Shown here: piece after piece, positions 1 to 12,759 of the stretch | How the letters are laid out: each line of letters begins with the position of its first letter | Position numbering within the stretch: the stretch's first letter is position 1 | Source: the human T2T-CHM13v2.0 reference genome, Homo sapiens | Length of the DNA: 64,000 nt | Assembly: GCF_009914755.1 (NCBI RefSeq) | Contig: NC_060932.1 | Strand: one strand, 5' to 3' | Notes under the pieces: generated by a model | The model's database searches: none | The model's input: the letters and a program-made list of their open reading frames with translations, nothing else | What the model was told of the DNA's origin: nothing | Translations under genes and position numbers: made by a program

Positions 1-199
1 GTGCTACTCTGCCTTCTCTTCCACTAACTTTTGCTGTTGTTAAATTACTTTTCCCTTTTTTAAAAAACATTCTTTTTAATCTTATATGAACACATTTTTT
101 GGGCACTTTAGACTTTAGCAGTTGAATGTTTTATAATTTATCTTTAAATTTTCTTTGCAAATCAAATGCTGTTATAACAATAAATAACTGAATTTCTAC

Positions 200-1950
200 A
201 GAAATTCAGAAATTAATTAATACCCCACAATGTTTGATTCGATATCTAGTGTTTTCATAGCCATTCAGTTCTAAATATTTCACACATTCCAATATGGTTT
301 TCTTCTTTATCTCGGAATTAATTAGCAATGCTATTTTCTTAGTATCAAACTTTAAACTATTATTTTAATGTTGATATGTAATTTAATTACATAGATATGT
401 GGGAAAATCATCTATGTGATATGTACTCTATAAAATTTTTGAGACTCATTTTGTAATCTAGCATGTGGCCAATTTTTGAAATGTTTCCTATGTGCTTGGA
501 AAACATGTATATTCTCTGTTTGTTGAGTCTGGGGATACCTGTACCACTATTAGATCAAACACATTAATTTCGTTATGAGGATTTTATTTGTTCTCTCAAA
601 TTTTAGGTCTGCTTGATCCACTAGTCTCTGATCAAAGTGACCTAATGTATTTCAATCTGATGGCAGATTTACCATTTTCTCCTTACAATTCTTTTTTAAT
701 GTATGTTTTATTCCTGTAAAAATAGCAAACTTTAACAGTTATTTCACAGATGTTTTTTAAGTTTCATAAAATTTTCTTAATGTGTGTATATTTGAAAACA
801 TCCTTATTTCATGTTTTCTCTTGAAAGATAGTTTCTTTGGTGATAAAATTCTAATATATTTCTCTTCACCATTATAATGATTAATCATTTGTATGATGTT
901 ATTCATTTTTGCTGATGGTAACTTTGCTATTGCTGTAGTTATTTTTTTTTGTAACAATCTTTTATCTCTAGTAGCTCTTAGGGTCTTATTTTTGTCTTTT
1001 ATGTCCTAAAGTTTCATAAAATGTAAATCTGTTTCTATTCTGTTGGATACTACTTGTGTCATTTTAAAATGAAGATTCACGTAATTCTTTAATTCCTGAA
1101 CATTCTCATTGATTATCTTTTGTCTAAACTTCTGAAATTGAAGCAAAATACACAGTGCACCAACTGTAAATGTACAACTTGATAGATTATCACAATTGCC
1201 CAAGTATGAACCAGAACATTACCAAAGCCCTAGAAGCCTCCTTCATAGCCAATCATCCTCTTCCCCATAGGTAAACACTATCTTGATGTCTAATTTTATA
1301 CTTATGCCTATTTTTGAGCTTTATGTAAATCATACAGTATATATTTGATCATATTTAGCTTCTTTAATTCAAGATTATATTTGTGAGACTTAATCATGCT
1401 GTTTTACATGGATCATGCTGTTTCTTGTAAATCGTGTAGATCATTTACTGACACTGTTTATTCATTTATTTCTGTGTATGAATATACCAATTTTATGTAT
1501 TCTTTATATTCTTAGTGGGCATTTAGATTATGTCCAGTGTTTAACTATTATGAATAATGTTGATATGAACATACTGTAAAAGTCTTTTGATGCGTATGTA
1601 CCTGAATTTTTATTTCTATGTCTCTTTCTAGAAAATGAAATTGCTGGATCATAGGACAAGTATAAATTCTATATGTTCTTCTTTAGTAAATATTGGCATA
1701 TGCTTTTCCAAAGCAGTGGTAGCAATTACATCCCTATCAATAGTACAAGATTCTCTGTTATGAGTCTTCTTAGTTTTAGCCATTTTGGTGTGTAGAAATA
1801 GCTCATTGTAGCTTTAGTTTGCATTTTCCTTATTACTAATGAGGTTGAGCAACTTTTCATATGTTTATTGGGTATTTGACTATCTTTTTGTGTGATTTGT
1901 CTGGTTAGTTCTTTTTCTGAAATTTCTACTGTATTCTTACTACTCATTCA
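200..1950 (-). mobile_element. Ancient L1M (L1MC/L1ME-like) fragments
   Basis: T-rich antisense L1 body. ORF 1726-1947 (NKHMKSCSTSLVIRKMQTKATMSY) matches the L1 ORF2 C-terminal region. Boundaries approximate. Confidence 0.7.
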
Positions 1951-2227
1951 GCAGACTTGCTCTCCCCTCCAGTATACTCATATCTAAATCATAAACACAT
2001 TTCAAAACTCATCCAAAGGTCACATTTTCTCTGATATTTTCCCTAATACACCCAGCCAAAATAGATCTATTTATCTAGCAGACTTTGCAAAATGTTTATG
2101 TAAGTGTTGGTAATTATCACTTTGTACTTAAGTTCATAGTTATTTGTATTTGTTTGGTCTCCTGCAATATAGCCAATGTGCCAGGGGACATGAATTGTTG
2201 GTATTATGTATGATTTCTAGCATAGTA

Positions 2228-2307
2228 TTAGCTTGCTGCAAAAGTAATTGCAGCTCTCCCCACCAAAAGTAATGGCAATAACTGCAATTACTTTTGCACT
2301 AACTTAA
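2228..2307. mobile_element. MADE1 (Hsmar1 mariner-derived MITE)
   Basis: 80-bp palindromic element ttagcttgctgcaaaagtaattgcag...ctgcaattacttttgcactaacttaa matching MADE1 terminal inverted repeats. Confidence 0.9.
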
Positions 2308-2317
2308 CTCTTGGCTA

Positions 2318-2455
2318 AGGTGACTGTATGTTCCATTTTCTCAGGACAGCCCAGGTTGATGCTACTTCCTGCTGGTCCTGATGGCCTGTCTAGTTAGCAC
2401 TTCTTTCTGCTCTCAACATTACCCTGGTTTATATGTGGTGTTATATGGTCACCGT
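2318..2455 (-). mobile_element. MER94-like hAT-Blackjack MITE
   Basis: Ends agggtgac-like (aaggtgactgtatg ... ttatatggtcaccg), about 135 bp. Confidence 0.65.
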
Positions 2456-2499
2456 ATTCATATTAGAATAAAAAAAAACCAAAAGACTTGACAGCAATG

Positions 2500-3050
2500 A
2501 TAACTTAGTAATTAAATCAATGTTTAGTGAGGGGAAAAGAGATACTTCTAAGTGACTTAAAAATCTTGGCGCCATTGATATAGTGAAGCCAGGAGGAGGA
2601 GATTTGTAATGCAGCTATTAAATGTGATAAGTGTGGCTTGGATATGTTGAGTTTGAGGTCACTGGTGAGCAATGGGGTAGAACACAGAGTTATGCACAGA
2701 GTGTTAGATAGACGGGGGTGACGGAAGCCCTGGGAGTGATGTTGTGAGCCGGCTTTCATATTCCTTACATAGGGATTTAGCAGGGAATGAGACAAAGTCC
2801 CCGCTCTCGAAGAGCTTATGAGAATTAGAATAGGCACATTAGATAACTATTTATGAGTGATTTTATCATCTGAGGGATGGAACTGAGGAGAGAGTTTGGG
2901 AACAATAAAAACAAAATTGGGAAATGCTCATGTTTTCAGGGGAGCATGAGGATGAGGGCCCAGAGAATAAAAGAGCTGGCAGAGTTAAATGTTAAGCATT
3001 TCAAGGTTTTTAAAACAAAGATGTGGTCTGATATTGAATGCTGAAGATTA
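2500..3050. mobile_element. L2 fragments
   Basis: Typical L2 motifs ggatatgttgagtttgaggt and gaatgagacaaagtccccgctctc. Boundaries approximate. Confidence 0.5.
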
Positions 3051-3847
3051 AAATAAACTGGAAAATTGGAGATAGTGTTTTATATTTTTGTATGCTTTTC
3101 ATATTTTTAATGTTTGCACAAACAAAATACAACAAAATTTGTAATACATATTTTTGAAATAGGTATACTTCATTATTGCATTGACCACAATTTGTTGAAG
3201 CTCTTATTTAACTTTTTTGGGAGACATACCTTAAGAGTCTATTGCCATACTGCCAGGAATATACCTGCTTTCACCCGAGAAATACCTTAAAAGTCTCAGG
3301 GAAAGAATAAAAAATTATTTTTTGTCTTGACTGTTGACCAAGTTTGGTGACAATTAGTAGGTGTTCAATTCCTAAATGTATTAAGCAAGAAAGCACTGTG
3401 GCCACAACCAGCCAGTAGCATTTAGTTAAATATGCATTTCCTCCTTACCAAAGTATATTATATTAATTTTTAGCAAAATGTCAATTTCTCTTTTTTCAAA
3501 GAAATGAGTCATCACTTATTTTAATTTTAAGAGGACAGAATCTTTGGCATTTGAAAATTGACCTCTACAAATATGTTTTATAAAAATATATTTTTTTCTT
3601 TTGTGGTTTTTAGCCTTGAATGTGGAAAGTTAGGAAACCACAACATTTTTTTCCTTAAAAGTAGTTTCCCACACAAACAAAATAATAGCTTCTAAGAAAA
3701 GTTAGAAGCTTTCTAATAATTTATAATTCAAACCAATTTTTTTTGGAGATTTTCCCACACTCTATCTATCACTGGAACTGTATATATACAAACTAAACCA
3801 TAATGTCATCAGAGTAATTATGTTTCCTGAGAATTCAGTAGCATTAA

Positions 3848-4060
3848 CAATAATAACAGCTAACATTTAAATAGAACTTATGGTTTACAAAGAACTTTCA
3901 CATACATTATCTCATTGGATTCTTTGAGCAACCTTGTAAGACACTTATCTATGACCCATGTTTTCACGATGAAGCAACTGAAGATTAGAGAAGACCAATG
4001 AGCAGGCCCAAGTCACACAGTGACTTGGAGGGAGAAAACTGGGTTTTCTGAACCTACATC
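3848..4060 (-). mobile_element. MIR SINE
   Basis: aataataacagctaacattt...attatctcattggattc...gatgaagcaactgaag...cccaagtcacacag, antisense MIR core. Confidence 0.75.
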
Positions 4061-4152
4061 ATTAACTTTTCAATATGAAAACCTTCCATAAAATGAACTT
4101 ACTATTGTGTTGGTAGTACCACCAAGGTAAAAGAATATTGCTAACCTTTCTC

Positions 4153-4646
4153 GTGGGTTGCTAAACTGGATCTTGTGGGCCAAATCCAGTTTTGCAGCCT
4201 AAATTTTTGTAGTAGAGTCCTCCAGTGCAGAATGCTTTTGTAATGCTTCTAATGCTTGTAAAAAACAAACAAAAAGCAAGCAAGCAATCAACAGAAAACC
4301 AAACACCGCATGTTCTCACTCATAGGTGGGTGTTGAACAATGAGAACATATGGACACAGGGAGGGGAATATCACACACCGGGGCTTGTTGGGGGGTGGGG
4401 GTAGCTAGGGGAGGGTTAGCATTAGGAGAAATACCTAATGTAGATGATGGGTTGATGGTTGCAGAAAACCACCATGGCACATGCATACCTATGTAACAAA
4501 CCTGCACGTTCTGCACATGTATCTCAGAACTTAAAGTATTAAAAAAAAAAGCAAGCAAAGAAAAATATGCAATTGACATGTAGGTGACACACAAAGTATT
4601 CTATACTTACAATTTTGTTCTCTACAGGCAAGTTTTGCTGAACCCT
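4153..4646 (+). mobile_element. MER58-like hAT-Charlie element, split by an L1PA fragment
   Basis: 5' end gggttgctaaact...gtgggccaaatccag; 3' end ...tacaggcaagttttgctgaaccctg. Confidence 0.55.
4284..4550 (+). mobile_element. 5'-truncated L1PA7/L1PA8-like 3' end
   Basis: L1 3'UTR (catgttctcactcataggtggg...aacctgcacgttctgcacatgtatc...polyA) with TSD aaaaagcaagcaa at 4271-4283 and 4546-4558. Confidence 0.9.
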
Positions 4647-5264
4647 GTTTATAGCAGTGTAGGTATTGGGCGCAGCAGGAGGCTTTGCTGGCAAATGCTC
4701 CCTCAGGCTGAAGGCTTTAGGGGGAGGGTTGTCTAGGCTGTTTTCAGTGCACTCTTGAAAGTGGTATACATAGCAGAATGAAACACCTCACAGAAAGTCT
4801 CTAGGAACTGACCTATGTAGTTTCTGAAGCTAGGGAGCTGAACCTGAGCAGAAAAGGGTAATTGATTTGAATCCTGGCTTCCACTGGGCAGCTTCTGCCT
4901 ACAGGGTCATGTTTGCTGTGCATTTAGTATTGTACACTTGATATTGGGCATCCTTCAGCATTGTGCGTAGGAGAACAATTATGGAGCCTCTCTGTATTTC
5001 AAAATTCTCCAAGAATTTTCAGGAATATTTGGTGTCGAACCCTATATCAAAGTAGCTTAAGGAGTATTTTTCAATAGTGAGCACAAAACCAGGTAGGTTT
5101 TCCCATTCTCACTTTCTAATTCACTGCAGTTGTGTGAGAGGAGGTAAAGGGCATTAGGGAGTTGAATAGGTTTCCTTCCACTTGACATATGGCTTTAGTC
5201 TCTTATCTTTACCATTTAAAAGATTTAATGTAGGATGATGATTGCTAAAGATGGTATTTTAACA

Positions 5265-5420
5265 GTCTTTTATTAAATACCTACTCTGTAAAGACATTGT
5301 GTCAAGTGCTAGGACCATGAAGATGAATGAGACACTCTACTTGTCCTGAAGGATTTCAAGGACTGACAAGGGTGGTGAGCATGTAAATAATTGCATGAAC
5401 ACATTATAGTAAGTATTAAA
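5265..5420. mobile_element. L2 3' fragment
   Basis: ttattaaatacctactctgt...cattgtgtcaagtgctagg...gatgaatgagaca. Confidence 0.6.
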
Positions 5421-7294
5421 GAGAAATGTAATGGGCGTATATGCGTGTATTTTTGGCACTGAGTATGTCTGTGTCTTGACAGCATGTAGCTCTTTTACTA
5501 CTAACATGAATATTAGAGGTAGCTCTTTATCAATGACTGATCAGTAGAGGTCTAGTAAATTCTACAAATTCTATTTATTAGGAACAAAATATCTACCAGG
5601 CAGGCTTCTTCTCTTCCAGTTAAGAAGTTCTACAAATAAATGGCAAGTGGCACCAATACCAAAAACCATGTAAACCTCCAATTAGGTGTTGAACTAGGAA
5701 TCCCACCACTGACTAGTGGCAACTCAGACAGGTACAACCAGAAATTACATCCGTTTGCTGTGTCTGCCTGAGAAAGTTACAAGGAACCCAGTGACAGTCC
5801 AGCTCCAGCAATCAAAGCAGCTATGGGAAATGGGTGTAATAATTGTTGCAGAGAAGTCCCTGGGGCACTGCTACATGGACAGGTATTGCTACATGACAGC
5901 TACTTGGGGTGGCTCTGTCCTCAGCATTTTGAATCACATGCAAATGTGACCTTCATTCACTGCCATTACGAGCTGCCTCTGCTTTTTTCACATGCCAGTG
6001 TTCTCTACCCACTTTCAGATGTCACAGCTTCTACTTTACCCTGGAGTAAAATAAGCTTCCACACCAAAAACAAGTCTCCCCCCAGCAACATATTTCCCTC
6101 TATACTCCAAGATTCCAAAAGGAGAATTTGCTACACTGGCCTCCAATCCCTGGGTATTGCTGCCTGGAGCTCACAGAATTACTCTCTCACGCTCTGGAGT
6201 TACTTTGGCTATCAGGACAGTTTGAGTTGTCCCAGGCTTCCAGATGAATTATGAGAAATTGGCAGTGGGAGAAGTGGTATCAAAACTAGAGAAAGCAAGA
6301 AGTGTTGATGCCAGGCCAAATTCAAATGGAAATAGTCATTCTCCTTTTAGGCCCATGAAAACTTAGGTTCATGCAAAGCATTCAGGGGAAGCCTTCTTTG
6401 ACTGTATCACCCAACAATTATTTACTGGGTGCTTATCCTGGCTCATTGCAGCATATACCCACTTAAAATACCCTCCCCTGCAGAAAGACTACCTGGAGCT
6501 AAATCAGCTAGAAAAGTAAGAGGCATCTGTTTCAAAGGCAAAAGCAAAATTGATCTAAGACCCTTCAGAATTTTCATGTTTGTAGGAAGAAATGCAAATA
6601 GGTTTTAGTTCCAGTTTGTGAGGGAGCTTATCCCATGCTGTGTTGCAAACAGCATGTACTGCAGGGAGATACAGTGATGGCTGTTGACAGATGGACCATG
6701 ACTTTAGGTGTGGGGGCATCTGGAATGGAATGTTCTCTGAAGCAGGAGAAATTCAGAGGTACCAAGTAAAAAAAATCTCCTTTACTTTTAGATTGTATCC
6801 GACTCCAGTCAATGTATTCCAATTCATTTTTATGGCAGGTTGTTAACGGAAGGCTGGGCTTGCATTACATGCATTTGGGGTGAGTCTGGAGAAGGGAAGA
6901 ACTGACCGCCAGAAACCATTGAGGAAAGCAGGCTGTATTCTGCATTTCTTCGGACTTGTCTTTGTGGAGTTTGATAGGAACCACGGATGTCTTTCCTGAG
7001 GCTTTCAACTTCCTTGTGTCTGAGACACTCCACAGTTACCCAAAAGCAGAGGGATCTGAAGGTTAATCCAAAGAAGACAAGCTCCTCTGTTGTCACTTTG
7101 TGTGAATTTGGGCAATTCACTCCATAACTCTTCATCTTTGAAGGCACAGATGACACCATATTTCTTTATTTTTTTGGTTAACACTTGCTCAAGCCCCCAC
7201 TTGCCAGTCTTTATTCTCTAATCCAAATCTTACCAAACCCAAGCTTTAGAAGTGGATGTTGATGTCCATTTAATGTCCTCACACTGTGCCCACC

Positions 7295-7918
7295 CAATGG
7301 AGAGTAGTGAATGAAAGCACAGACTCTGATCGGAGTTCCTGGGATTGAGTGCTGACTCCACTATTTACTACCTATCTGATCTTAGACAAGTTTCTTAATT
7401 TCTCTGTGCCTCATTTTCCTCAGTGATGGGGTATAGATAATAAGAACAGGTCTTCATGATGATTAAACTAGTTTGTATACATGTCTTAGTCTGCTCTGGC
7501 TTCTATAACAAAATACTACAGACTGGATGGCTTAAACAACATACATTTGTTTCTTAAAGTTCTGGAGGCTAGGAAGTCAAGATCAGGGTACCAGCAGATT
7601 CATTCCTGTTAAGGACCTTCTTTCTGGCTTGCAGACATCTTCCTTCTTACTAAGTTTTCACATAGCAGAAAGAAATAGAGAACTCCTGTCTGATTAGTGT
7701 CTGACAAGGACACTAATCCCACACAAGGGGCTCTGACCTCATCTACATCTAATTATCTCCCAAGGGCCCCATCTTTTAATAGCATCACATTGGAGGTTAG
7801 AATTTCAACATGCGAATTTGGTGGGAGGACACAAACATTCAGTCCATGAAAACATGTAAATTGGTTAGATTAGTGTTTACTTAGAAAAATGTACCATAAA
7901 TAGTGTTTCTTATTGTTG
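7295..7918 (+). mobile_element. MIR SINE interrupted by an MLT1A LTR
   Basis: agcacagactctg...cttagacaagtttcttaatttctctgtgcctcattttcctc; the 3' part resumes after 7850. Confidence 0.75.
7482..7854 (-). mobile_element. MLT1A-type MaLR solo LTR
   Basis: tgtcttagtctgctctggcttctataacaaaatactacagactgg...acaaacattcagtccat. Confidence 0.85.
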
Positions 7919-8032
7919 CCATTCCCCTTACTTCTCCCAGCCACACAATGTCATGATGTCACTGTTGACGGTCTGTTCTCTGCAGTCAGAAGGTGCCGAC
8001 CTCTCTGTAGTGAGACCTTATTGGTCCATCCC

Positions 8033-8510
8033 TGTGGTGGGAAGCCTCTAAGAAAGCCTACAAGGTTTCCTGCCTCCTAGCATTCATCCCCTTGTGTAGT
8101 CCCCTTTTCTTTAGTGTGGGATGGACCTAGTGACTCACTTCTAATAACCAGAATATGGTAAGTGATAGCATGACACTTCTGAGATTAGGTTACCAAAAGA
8201 TAGTGGCTTCTATGCTGTTGTGCCGTAGCAAGGCCCATGAAGCAACGTACTGAGTGAGGACTTCAGTCAACAGTCAACAAAAAATTGAGGCCTACTGAGA
8301 TCCATGTGAACGAGCTTTGGAGTAGCGCTCCCTACCCCTCAATGGCACTTTAAGATGAGACCACAGCCCCAGCTGACATCTTGACTACAACCTCATCAGA
8401 GACTTTCAGCCAGGAGTACCCAGCTGACCCACAAATACCAACATATAACAAATGTCTCCAGCCACTAATTTTGGGGGTAATTTGCTAACCAGCAATAAAT
8501 CACTAATATA
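8033..8510 (+). mobile_element. MLT1F-like MaLR solo LTR
   Basis: tgtggtgggaagcctctaag...ggacctagtgactcacttctaa...ttttggggtaatttg...cagcaataaatcactaata. Confidence 0.8.
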
Positions 8511-9239
8511 TAGGTTGTCAAGGCTGTTTAAGGGCAGATAAGTGCCAAACTCAGCCAGAATGCTCCTACGTGGACTTTTTTCACGTTGATGCTCTCATGT
8601 TCAGCTACTTTCCAACGATACAAACAAGGTAACAGGGGGTTTGGTCTGGAGGAGCTTCCAGCATCAGCATCATTGAAGAAACCAATCCTTTTATATGAAA
8701 CCTTAGGTCTTTATCTTGAATACTGCTCTTCAGCTTGACTCCCACTTTTCTCAATGCAATTTATTTTAGGGACTTCAATGTACTTCCCTGTCTTTACGTC
8801 TTGGTTGGAGGTACCTTGATCTAACAAATCAGGACAACCTAAGTTCAATTCTTGAGAAATTCTGAGTGGTTTTAGTTATTTCCCTCCCACAAGGGCCAGT
8901 AATTTCAGGGAATGGCAACCAAAACTTATCACAAAAATTTTTCTTATACTGAAATTCTAGAGCTTAAAAGAGCTACTCAGGTCTATAATAGTTCAAAAGA
9001 CAGTGAAGTCCAACTTCTATTAACAAAAATAAAACCCATCCCACACAAACACACAATAAATTACACCTAATACATATGATGGGAAATACTCATCTTTAGT
9101 GGGAAATAAGGAAGAATATTAAGAAAAGGCACAGCTGCTTTGGCCACATGGCCACAGTTCAGATCATGTGAGGTCCCCATGTGTGTGGTTGTGAGAATCA
9201 CTGCTTTGTGGAAATCTAGAGGAATTCTTGAAGGGACTC

Positions 9240-10560
9240 TGTTGCTCTTGTTTTGAACCAGTCTGACAATCTTCAGCTTTGAGATGAAATATTTTGTACA
9301 CTTATGTTTAATGTACTTACTAGTGTAGATTTAAATTTCTTATCTTAGCATGTGCTACTGCTACTGTGTTTGTTTTTTGATTTTGCTTTCTCTAAAATTT
9401 ATTGAGACTTTTTTATTCCACCTATTTCCTCTGTTAGTTTGGAATTTATGCACTGTTTTACTATTATTTTAGTAGTTACTTTAAAAATTCAACATATATA
9501 TTTGACCTATCAAAGTTTCTGATAATTGATCCTTTTACTCTCCTCTGAAACAACAAAAGGACCCTAGAACGTTTTGCCTTCCTTTAATTCTTTCTTTGAT
9601 TTTATGTTATTATTGCCATTTATTTCAGTTGCATATATAACATTCACATTAGATATTATTATTATTATTATTATTATTGTGGTACCATCTATGCTTATTT
9701 AAGTTTATCCTTATATCTATCTCTTTTGTCATTTTTCTCTTCTTTCTATATCTCCAACCTTTATTTGAGATTACTTTATTTCTGCCTAAAGAATATCCTT
9801 CAGATTTCCTTTAGTATAGGTTTGCTGGGAGCAAATACTCTCATTTTTGTGTATCTGAAAATGTTTTTAGTTCATCTTCATTCTCAAAGGATATTTTCAG
9901 CTGAGTATCAAATTTTACGTTGAGAGTTATTTTGTTTGAGTATTTTGAAGGTCATATTCTGCTGTGTTCTAATTTCTGATATTGCTGCTGAGAGGTAGGC
10001 TTTGGTCTGTCACTCCTTTGAACATAATCTGTCCTTTTACCTGTGGCTGCTTTTAAGATTTTCTGTTTATCTTAAGTTTTCTGCAATTATGCTTTATGCA
10101 ATATGATATACCTAGGTGTGAATTTCTTTTTTATTTATCCCACTTGGGATTTACTGGACTTCTTAAATCTATAGATTGACGTCTTTTATTGGTTTTGAAA
10201 AATTCTCAGTCATTATCTCTTCAATTATTATCTGTATTATTTTCTCTTTTACCTTCTGGGATTTTAATCAACTATATGTTAGATCTTGCCACTGAATTCC
10301 CCACATCTCTTCTCTCTTCTTTGTTTTGTCACTCTATGCATTTTTCTTGATAAAATTTTCTGACCTATGTGCTAGTTTACTAATTTTCTCTTTAGCTGTG
10401 TTTACTCTGCTATTAAATATGTTAACATAAATGAGTAAATCTCTAGGATAACCACAAAACCGATAGTAAAACAGTGTGCACCTTTTAAACAAATTAAATC
10501 TCAATTTTGATTTTTTTTTTTTAGTTCTAGAATTTTGGGGGGGCGAGGGTGGCAGTTATT
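9240..10560 (-). mobile_element. Ancient L1M (ORF1/inter-ORF region) with (TTA)n at ~9655-9678
   Basis: Antisense L1M motifs (ggatattttcagctgagtat, gcttttaagattttctgttt, aaaattctcagtcattatctcttc). Confidence 0.7.
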
Positions 10561-10569
10561 TTCAACCAT

Positions 10570-11030
10570 AAACTGTTATTTTATGTTGGAATACAAGAAG
10601 CAATGGAACAGTTGTTTGGAAGGTTTAGGACTAGGAAAAGTCTGGGAGATGGGAGGGAGTTTGGAAGCTGTTGCAGTTCTGACAGCTGAGGAGTGAAGTC
10701 CCAGGAGGCAGCCGGAGCAGGAAAGTGCAGGAAGGTGAGGTTGAGATTCACCACTGCAGAGAGCAGAGCAGGATGCAGGAGCACCGTGGAGGGACTCCCA
10801 GTCTGGAGTGATCTACTCTTTCCTATATTCCCTGCTACCTGTTGGGCCTCACAGGTCTGGGATAGGCACTAAATAGAACTAAGAGTAGCAAAAATCCCAC
10901 AGCTGAAATTAATTTCTAATCCCCAAGTAAGACAAGGAAGCTAAAATTCTTTGCCAGAAGACAACATAGACTTATGAAAGTTTTGTGGTAAAGCAAAATT
11001 ATAATAAATAAAAGTAATATTTTAATGTTA
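10570..11030. mobile_element. Possible ancient LTR (Gypsy/ERVL-like) remnant
   Basis: GA-rich block followed by AATAAA. Resembles old mammalian LTRs; not firmly recognised. Confidence 0.25.
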
Positions 11031-11104
11031 CTCTCTCTCTCTCTGCATTCAGTATTTTGTATAATCCTTCAACTGTTCTACCTTCAGCAACTCTGACTAT
11101 AAAA

Positions 11105-11372
11105 GTATAATGGGGAGATGGAGGCCAATGACTACCGGGTTTCAGTTTTGCAGGATAGATAAGCCTATACCTCTAATGTACAGCATGAGGACTAGAGTTT
11201 ATAATATTTTATTGTACACCGGAAATGTTCATAGTTACCACACACAAAAAAAGTAACTATGTGAAATGATAGTTATGTTAATTTGCTTGACTGTAGTGAT
11301 CATTTCAGTTTGTATATGTGTATCAAAACATCATGTTGCTCAATAAATATATAGAATAAATGAATTAAAAAT
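11105..11372 (+). mobile_element. L1MA/L1MB 3' end
   Basis: ctaatgtacagcatgaggactagag...aactatgtgaaatgatagttatgttaatttgcttgactgtag...A-rich tail. Confidence 0.8.
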
Positions 11373-12130
11373 ACAATAGATGTATCTTCCTGAAATTAAA
11401 TTTTAAAAAAGAAGAAAGGAAGATTATATTTAAACCTAGAATGATAAATGAGAATTAAATTCACAACTTTTAAGTTTTCTTTATCAATATGAACTGTGTA
11501 ACCAATCTTGTTTTTGCGATTTTAGGCACTTTGTAATTTTATAACCTGCCTAAATGTTTGCAGGGCCTTCCTGCTGAGAAAACAACAGGCATTTAATCCA
11601 CGTGATTTCTTTCTCCTGTTCATTGCTAACATATTTCAAAAATTCATATCCTAAAAAAAGATCGTTACATTAAAGAAATGCAAATATGGCTCAATTAATA
11701 TATCTTCTAGGACTAAAGCATTTTTGGAGGTATTTGCTTTGTTAAAAATGACAATGAGTCTTCTTTTTACTCTGGTAGAACCCAAGAGGTCAAAGATGGA
11801 AGCAGTTCCAGTGTTGGAAGGATGTGGGGACTGCATTGGTTTTTTCATTGCCAAATTGAGGGTGGGGGCAGTATCTGAGGTGGGATTGGCATAAAGGTGG
11901 AGTGACTGAAGCTCCTGTCAGTCCATAGTGGTGGCAGCGACAACTGTGGTGATGGTGTCCAAGGCCCAACAGATGGCCCAGAGGAGTTGGGATTGGTGGC
12001 TGTTGAGTGGCAGCGGTATTGGCTTAGCTGCAGACCACCTGTGGGCAGGACAGAATTTAGGAATCAGAATGTGGTTGCAGAGTTGTACCTAGGAATCAGG
12101 AAACCTTGTCTCTCCTTTAAATTCTGTCAC

Positions 12131-12480
12131 TGTATTAGTCAGTTCTCACACTGCTATGTAGAATTTCCTGAGACTGTGTAATTTATAAAGAAGAGATTTA
12201 ATTGACTCACAGTTCCACATGGCTGGTGAGTCCTCAGGAAACTTACAATCATGGCGGAAGACACCTCTTCACAGGGTGGCAGAAGAGAGATCGAGTGCAG
12301 CAGGGGAAATGCCAGATGCTTACAAAACCATCAGATCTCGTGAGAACTCACTCACTCTCAGGAGAACAGTAAGGGGGAAACCGCCCCCATGACTCAATTA
12401 TCTCCCACCAGGACATATGAGGACTATGGGGATTACAACTCAAGATAAGATTTGGGTGGGGACACAGCCAAACCATATCA
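12131..12480 (-). mobile_element. THE1 (THE1C-like) solo LTR
   Basis: tgtattagtc...gggacacagccaaaccatatca with perfect 5-bp TSD gtcac (12126-12130, 12481-12485). Confidence 0.92.
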
Positions 12481-12759
12481 GTCACCAACCAGTTATGTAG
12501 CCTCAGGTAACTTTCCAGTCACTTGAGGCAGCAACTTCCATATCTCTTCAGTGAGGGTGTTGGAATCAATGTTCTCTGATACACTTCGCAGCTCGAAAAG
12601 TCTCTATTATCATTGTATTCTCATACCTTATATTGTTTCTACTGTTGGAAAATTAAAAATTTTTATAATGAAAAGATTTAAGAATTAAAAATTATTTTTA
12701 AATATTTTAAGTAATGTTAAATACTTAATTTTGAATAAAATATTCAAATTTTAATTTTA

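Larger units (their letters stand above)
5597..9017 (-). pseudogene. Candidate ancient decayed coding sequence (large exon or retrocopy) with a possible PWWP-like motif, interrupted by MIR/MLT1
   Basis: No TE hallmarks recognised outside the inserts. Purine-rich minus strand with long near-open frames (e.g. ~8850-8528, one internal stop). Acceptor-like ttttatttttgttaatag on the minus strand at ~9018. Motif DIVWLGEVRGM..W...(AWVW/LVR)FG after excising the MIR. Parent gene not identified. Confidence 0.3.

Noticed and set aside
5790-5840. Minus-strand PIAALIAGAGLSLG as a retroviral Env fusion peptide
   Set aside because: No furin site, immunosuppressive domain or CX6CC motif, and no paired LTRs.
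5823-6254. 143-aa plus-strand ORF as a gene
   Set aside because: No recognisable domain or gene structure; likely a chance or shadow frame.
6628-8850. Resemblance to SOCS5 (YGVSSV, VSPxST) or Myb/TERF motifs
   Set aside because: Motif spacing is about twice that in SOCS5, no SH2 domain follows, and the Myb-like residues are too sparse.
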